Shown here: in pieces, positions 60,218-64,000 of the stretch
How positions within the stretch are numbered: position 1 is the stretch's first letter
How the letters are laid out: each line of letters begins with the position of its first letter
IMG/VR virus record: IMGVR_UViG_3300034157_000063
Origin: a virus
Lineage: Duplodnaviria > Heunggongvirae > Uroviricota > Caudoviricetes
DNA length: 64,000 nucleotides
Strand: one strand, 5' to 3'
The notes under the pieces: model-generated
Seen by the model: only the letters and a program-made list of their open reading frames with translations
Database searches by the model: none
What the model was told of the DNA's origin: nothing
Made by a program: the position numbers and the translations under genes

Positions 60218-60317
60218 TTTAGCACCTCACTTAATCTTTAAATTATACATTAAATTATTTTTTATTCAATTATTTTTTTTGCTATTGACTTTTATTTTAT
60301 TATATCTATATTGATAT

Positions 60318-60451
60318 TAGTGGTATACAAAAAAAAGCATAGTGGCAGTTTCTCATATCGACTGAATCCGCGAACTTATACCACATTACAGAAAAATTCA
60401 TTTGGACATTGTTCAAATTGGAAACTATCCCCACCACTTGGTGGGTTTTTT
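60318..60451 (+). ncRNA. candidate structured small RNA
   Basis: TTGACT-16-TATATT upstream; 8-bp stem GTGGTATA/TATACCAC; internal hairpins; terminator CCCACC-ACTT-GGTGGG-T6; no ORF. Confidence 0.5.
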
Positions 60452-60897
60452 ACGTCTTCAATTTAATATTAATCACCTTAGATAATGAAATTTAGATGTC
60501 TTCATATTATAGTAATATCAAAAATATACATTAAATAGCATTTTTTAAGTTGTATTCTATTTTTTTTGATGTTATTTATAAAATAACTATTTATATTTTA
60601 ACGGAAATTTGTATATAAATGACCAGAATAACGTGTGTTTAAAGGTTACAAATTTTAAATAATTATATAAAAATATATATATCATTTTAATGGATTTTTT
60701 ATTAAAAACCTCTAATAAAAGGGGGCATATAACATTGACCATTCACCTTAACTTTAAATTATGTCATGATGTTGTCACATATTGAATAAAAATATTTTTT
60801 ATGTGATTTTTCCTTTTTAATGTGCATTTTAAAGTTTTCAAGAAGCTATTATTCTTACGATCATTATGTTATAATAGCTATAAATATGGAGTGTATC

Positions 60898-61344
60898 ATG
60901 ACAATAAATGACGAAAGTTTAATCTTTGAAAAAAAATTGAAATATCTCTCTGATGTTCTCGGATATCTAGTGGCGGGAATTTACACTGGCTCAGCTTTCC
61001 TCTACTTCTTGAATGACTACCATTTGGCTCGTTGTGTTTACCTTATTATGACTGTTTATTTTTTATTCATGTCTTCGCTCGTTATTTATCGCATGTTGAC
61101 AATAGACAGTGCAACAGCAAGGGTAAAACAGGCAATGTATTCAGCTATTCCAGAAGCTTTTAATATTAACTTTAGCTTTTTGTTCTATCACTGGTTGTTG
61201 ATTATTGGCTTAGTGCTTCCGTTTGTTATGCCGCAGGCAGGTTCGTTGTCACAGGCATTCGCAGTCATTATAGGTTTGCTTGAAGTCATTATGTTAGCCA
61301 CTGCAAAAACACTTCATAATAAGATAAAAAAAGAGCAACCTTAG
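60898..61344 (+). CDS. integral membrane protein (about 4 TM)
   Basis: Hydrophobic segments; GGAG SD before ATG 60898. Confidence 0.7.
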   Translation: MTINDESLIFEKKLKYLSDVLGYLVAGIYTGSAFLYFLNDYHLARCVYLIMTVYFLFMSSLVIYRMLTIDSATARVKQAMYSAIPEAFNINFSFLFYHWLLIIGLVLPFVMPQAGSLSQAFAVIIGLLEVIMLATAKTLHNKIKKEQP

Positions 61345-61357
61345 TTGCTCTTATCTT

Positions 61358-62461
61358 TTAATACTCTCTTGGTTTTGGTTCTTCATCCAGTAAACAACCA
61401 CGTAGACGACGATCTTTTACAGGATCTTCATCTATCACACCAATCATAATATTGCTTTTATCCACTAGACTGGTGATGTATTCCCACTCTTGTCCTTCTC
61501 GTTCATAGTGTTGACCAATAGAACTGAATGCACCATCAGCGACTTTCACTTCCATTCTTTTTTCACCATTTTCATCAAGTTCTTCTTCATCATCGTCATT
61601 ATTGACAAGTTCACCATCGGAAGCAACAACTTTTAGTTTTGGTTTTGCGTCTTCAATTTCTTGGGCTTTCTTATCATCTTCACGTTGAGCATCGAGTTCA
61701 TCCATTGAAGCAAGAATCATTTCTTTTTGAATCTCGGCACTTTGTGGAGAATAACTCCATAGTCCATCACTGAATACAGCTTGCATGATTTCAAGGAGCG
61801 TTACGCTGTCTTCTTTTGAACTTTCAACATAGTTAATGTAATCGTAATGATTAACGCCAACCGTTTCTTTGTTGATGACTAAACCTTTATCTTCGGCATT
61901 ACGGCTTTCAAACTCTATGAATACAATGGATCTGTTAAGAATAAGTGGAACGTTTTTAAGTTCATCAACGCTAGTCATAGACATTGAGTAATTGCTTGGA
62001 TCGCCATCATTATAACCATTAATGTCAAAAGATGATTCCATTTCGAAGAAATTAAGAAACTCAGGTTCTTTTGGGGTGTTAAGCCACTCAATAAAATCCA
62101 TACCTTCTGGCATTTTGCCATAATCAACTTCACGACTAATAGACATGTTACGTCTGACTTCAATTCGATCAAAGGCATTTTTGGCTGTTGATAGTTTACG
62201 AGCTTCTTTGATATACGCTTCTACGTTCATATCGAGAATATCACCAGCCGCTTCTGCCCAAGGCTCTAAGCAAATCATGAATGAACCCAACGTTGTGCCT
62301 TTTTCGAGTAGAATGAGTTTCTTTACATTCTGGATAAAGAACTTATATCCATCCAGTCCTAGTGCTTTTTGAATAGCGAGCATAGGCACAAGACGTTTTT
62401 GGTCAACGTCTGATTGAAACCTTAGTATTCCATCTTTACAAAAAACTATTTTTCCATCCAT
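61358..62461 (-). CDS. acidic hypothetical protein
   Basis: Long ORF with GAGG SD. Confidence 0.75.
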   Translation of the reverse strand: MDGKIVFCKDGILRFQSDVDQKRLVPMLAIQKALGLDGYKFFIQNVKKLILLEKGTTLGSFMICLEPWAEAAGDILDMNVEAYIKEARKLSTAKNAFDRIEVRRNMSISREVDYGKMPEGMDFIEWLNTPKEPEFLNFFEMESSFDINGYNDGDPSNYSMSMTSVDELKNVPLILNRSIVFIEFESRNAEDKGLVINKETVGVNHYDYINYVESSKEDSVTLLEIMQAVFSDGLWSYSPQSAEIQKEMILASMDELDAQREDDKKAQEIEDAKPKLKVVASDGELVNNDDDEEELDENGEKRMEVKVADGAFSSIGQHYEREGQEWEYITSLVDKSNIMIGVIDEDPVKDRRLRGCLLDEEPKPREY

Positions 62462-62600
62462 AATACGCCTCATAATTAAGATTTATAAAATACAACATTC
62501 TTCAATGATAGTCAATCTTTTTTAAAAAACTCTTTAAATCTAGGTTGTCTTGTGTTATTATAGTGTCTACATATTAATAACCAGATGGAGTTTTAAAATT

Positions 62601-62765
62601 ATGAACAAATCATTGATGGCTGACATTGCTGAATCTTCTGTGACCGAAGCAGAAATTGAAGATCTTGATTATGATGTAAAGGAAGCTACTTTACCTCGTG
62701 ATGGCTGGGTCGAACTTGAAGTACCCTGCTCAGGTGCCTTAAAGAATCCTACTGATGTTGCCTAA
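62601..62765 (+). CDS. small acidic hypothetical protein
   Basis: GGAG SD before ATG 62601. Confidence 0.5.
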   Translation: MNKSLMADIAESSVTEAEIEDLDYDVKEATLPRDGWVELEVPCSGALKNPTDVA

Positions 62766-63438
62766 TCTATTGTTACCTATGAATGAGAATTATTTGCCCA
62801 ATAATATGATTACAGATCATAGGGCATTTATTCCTTCGTTGGACTCTTTATTGAGTGCCGATAGATTAGTGAATAACAATCTTCTTTTTCATATGGATAA
62901 AGAAGCATTTTGTTCATTTATGGAAATGCATGGATATCATTTCGATAAGACAATCATGCCCGCAAAAAGCACTACATTAAAATTCACCAACAAAACGATG
63001 ACTGTCCTTTTTCAAAAGGTAACCGTAGAGAATAAACGTCTGTTTACTGTTTTAATGATCTCTTACAAAGAAGGTGATGTGGCCTCTGTTGTTTTTAATT
63101 ATGATGGAAGCTTTTATGAAATCACTTATAGAAGTAATAAAGATTTTCATATCGTTAAGAAAACTTCATTATCGCGTTATAATGATGGTAGCATCTACTA
63201 TCAATTTATTGTTCATAATAGCCTTCACTTAAAATGCTATTTATCTTCTTTTTGCTTGAATAAAGGAGTTATTCAAGATGTTTTGTATTTTGTACACAAC
63301 AAATGCTATCCATTGAATAAACTATTAAATGCATTAGGTAGACCAGAAATAGAAGTCAGTGCTGTGAGTAATTACTTGGATTTGGTTAATTTATTTACCA
63401 ATGATGAAGCGATCATTATTGAAATGGCTCTATGTTAA
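62755..63438 (+). CDS. hypothetical protein with variant C-terminal motif (..IIIEMALC)
   Basis: 227-aa ORF. Confidence 0.65.
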   Translation: MLPNLLLPMNENYLPNNMITDHRAFIPSLDSLLSADRLVNNNLLFHMDKEAFCSFMEMHGYHFDKTIMPAKSTTLKFTNKTMTVLFQKVTVENKRLFTVLMISYKEGDVASVVFNYDGSFYEITYRSNKDFHIVKKTSLSRYNDGSIYYQFIVHNSLHLKCYLSSFCLNKGVIQDVLYFVHNKCYPLNKLLNALGRPEIEVSAVSNYLDLVNLFTNDEAIIIEMALC

Positions 63439-63462
63439 TATTGCCACATCGGAGAATTAAAC

Positions 63463-64000
63463 ATGAAACTTGAACAAGTATTTAAGACCGAAGACTATAT
63501 TAAAAAAACGTTAAGTGAATTTGTATTTACTCAGGAGATTGCAGATACCTTTACTGAGTCTATGTTTTTGGATATCTTTAAATTAGACTATTTTTTTATG
63601 GTTTTTCTTTTCCCCATTGCTGATATTGATAAATTTCTTGCTAAGGTAGGTTTTAAAAGACAAGAAAGAGCTTTTTACAAAAACAGTGAGGACTATACAT
63701 TAACGCTGTCCATCTGTACATCCGCACGACATAAAGCAGGTTACTATCTGTCTAACCTACAGTATCCAGAAGCTTCTAAAAGAATGTCTTTTGATCTTGA
63801 ACATTTTAACAGGATTGATGTGTTCTACAAAAGTAAAGATGAACGGTATTCAGAGGGAACATTCCCTATAGACTTTGGATGTATTGTTACCTTAGATAAG
63901 GATACTCCTACTATTAAATCCATTCATCATTCGACAGGTCTTTTTAATTTAAATCATATTGAACTGCATACAGTAAACAATCTTAAAACATTTGCACACA
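63463..64000 (+). CDS. hypothetical protein, truncated by the window end
   Basis: GGAG SD, ATG 63463 (MKLEQVFKTEDY...), frame open to the end of the window. Confidence 0.65.
   Translation, partial: MKLEQVFKTEDYIKKTLSEFVFTQEIADTFTESMFLDIFKLDYFFMVFLFPIADIDKFLAKVGFKRQERAFYKNSEDYTLTLSICTSARHKAGYYLSNLQYPEASKRMSFDLEHFNRIDVFYKSKDERYSEGTFPIDFGCIVTLDKDTPTIKSIHHSTGLFNLNHIELHTVNNLKTFAH

Noticed and set aside
60318-60451. Canonical tRNA-Met gene
   Set aside because: No GTTCRA T-loop and no valid cloverleaf; kept only as a candidate ncRNA. No canonical tRNA or rRNA gene was seen anywhere in the window.
1-64000. Mobile elements, integrase, introns/inteins, reverse transcriptase, virion structural genes
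   Set aside because: No supporting motifs, terminal repeats or interrupted genes were recognised.
55337-64000. Possible homology among 55337, 62755 and 63463 (F....GF/Y motif)
   Set aside because: The similarity is too short to support by eye; it needs a profile comparison.

Overview
This window most likely comes from the accessory, host-interaction region of a large AT-rich phage (jumbo-phage-like) infecting a gammaproteobacterium, possibly Pseudomonas-like. A megaplasmid cannot be excluded, because no virion, replication or integrase genes are visible. It holds about 80 tightly packed ORFs, mostly on the + strand. Many have their own sigma70-type promoter and a UUCG- or GNRA-loop intrinsic terminator. 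Recognisable products are a MoxR-like AAA+ ATPase, two DUF2201-type HExxH/VWA proteins, a two-PAS soluble chemoreceptor (BdlA-like), a degenerate PilZ protein, Bfd, a PTH2-like protein, NADAR, DUF4326, three DEDDh exonucleases, a Spy/CpxP-like protein, two protein-kinase-fold proteins, a Nudix hydrolase, an ADP-ribosylglycohydrolase, DnaK, a CYTH protein, a TerD-like protein, a putative nucleotidyltransferase-HAD fusion, a DsbA-like protein and an ATP-grasp protein. Two unexplained patterns stand out. (1) About 23 ORFs, many otherwise unrelated, end in the same C-terminal helix motif ([LVI]-hydrophobic-x-[M/A]-x-x-[I/F]-COOH), which suggests a shared docking, targeting or degradation signal. 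(2) Two paralogous minus-strand ncRNA genes, each with a promoter and terminator, are each built from two tandem units that can fold as H-type pseudoknots with partial covariation support. All family calls come from motif recognition by eye; no database searches were run. Several starts were moved from the ORF track to the ATG that follows a Shine-Dalgarno sequence.
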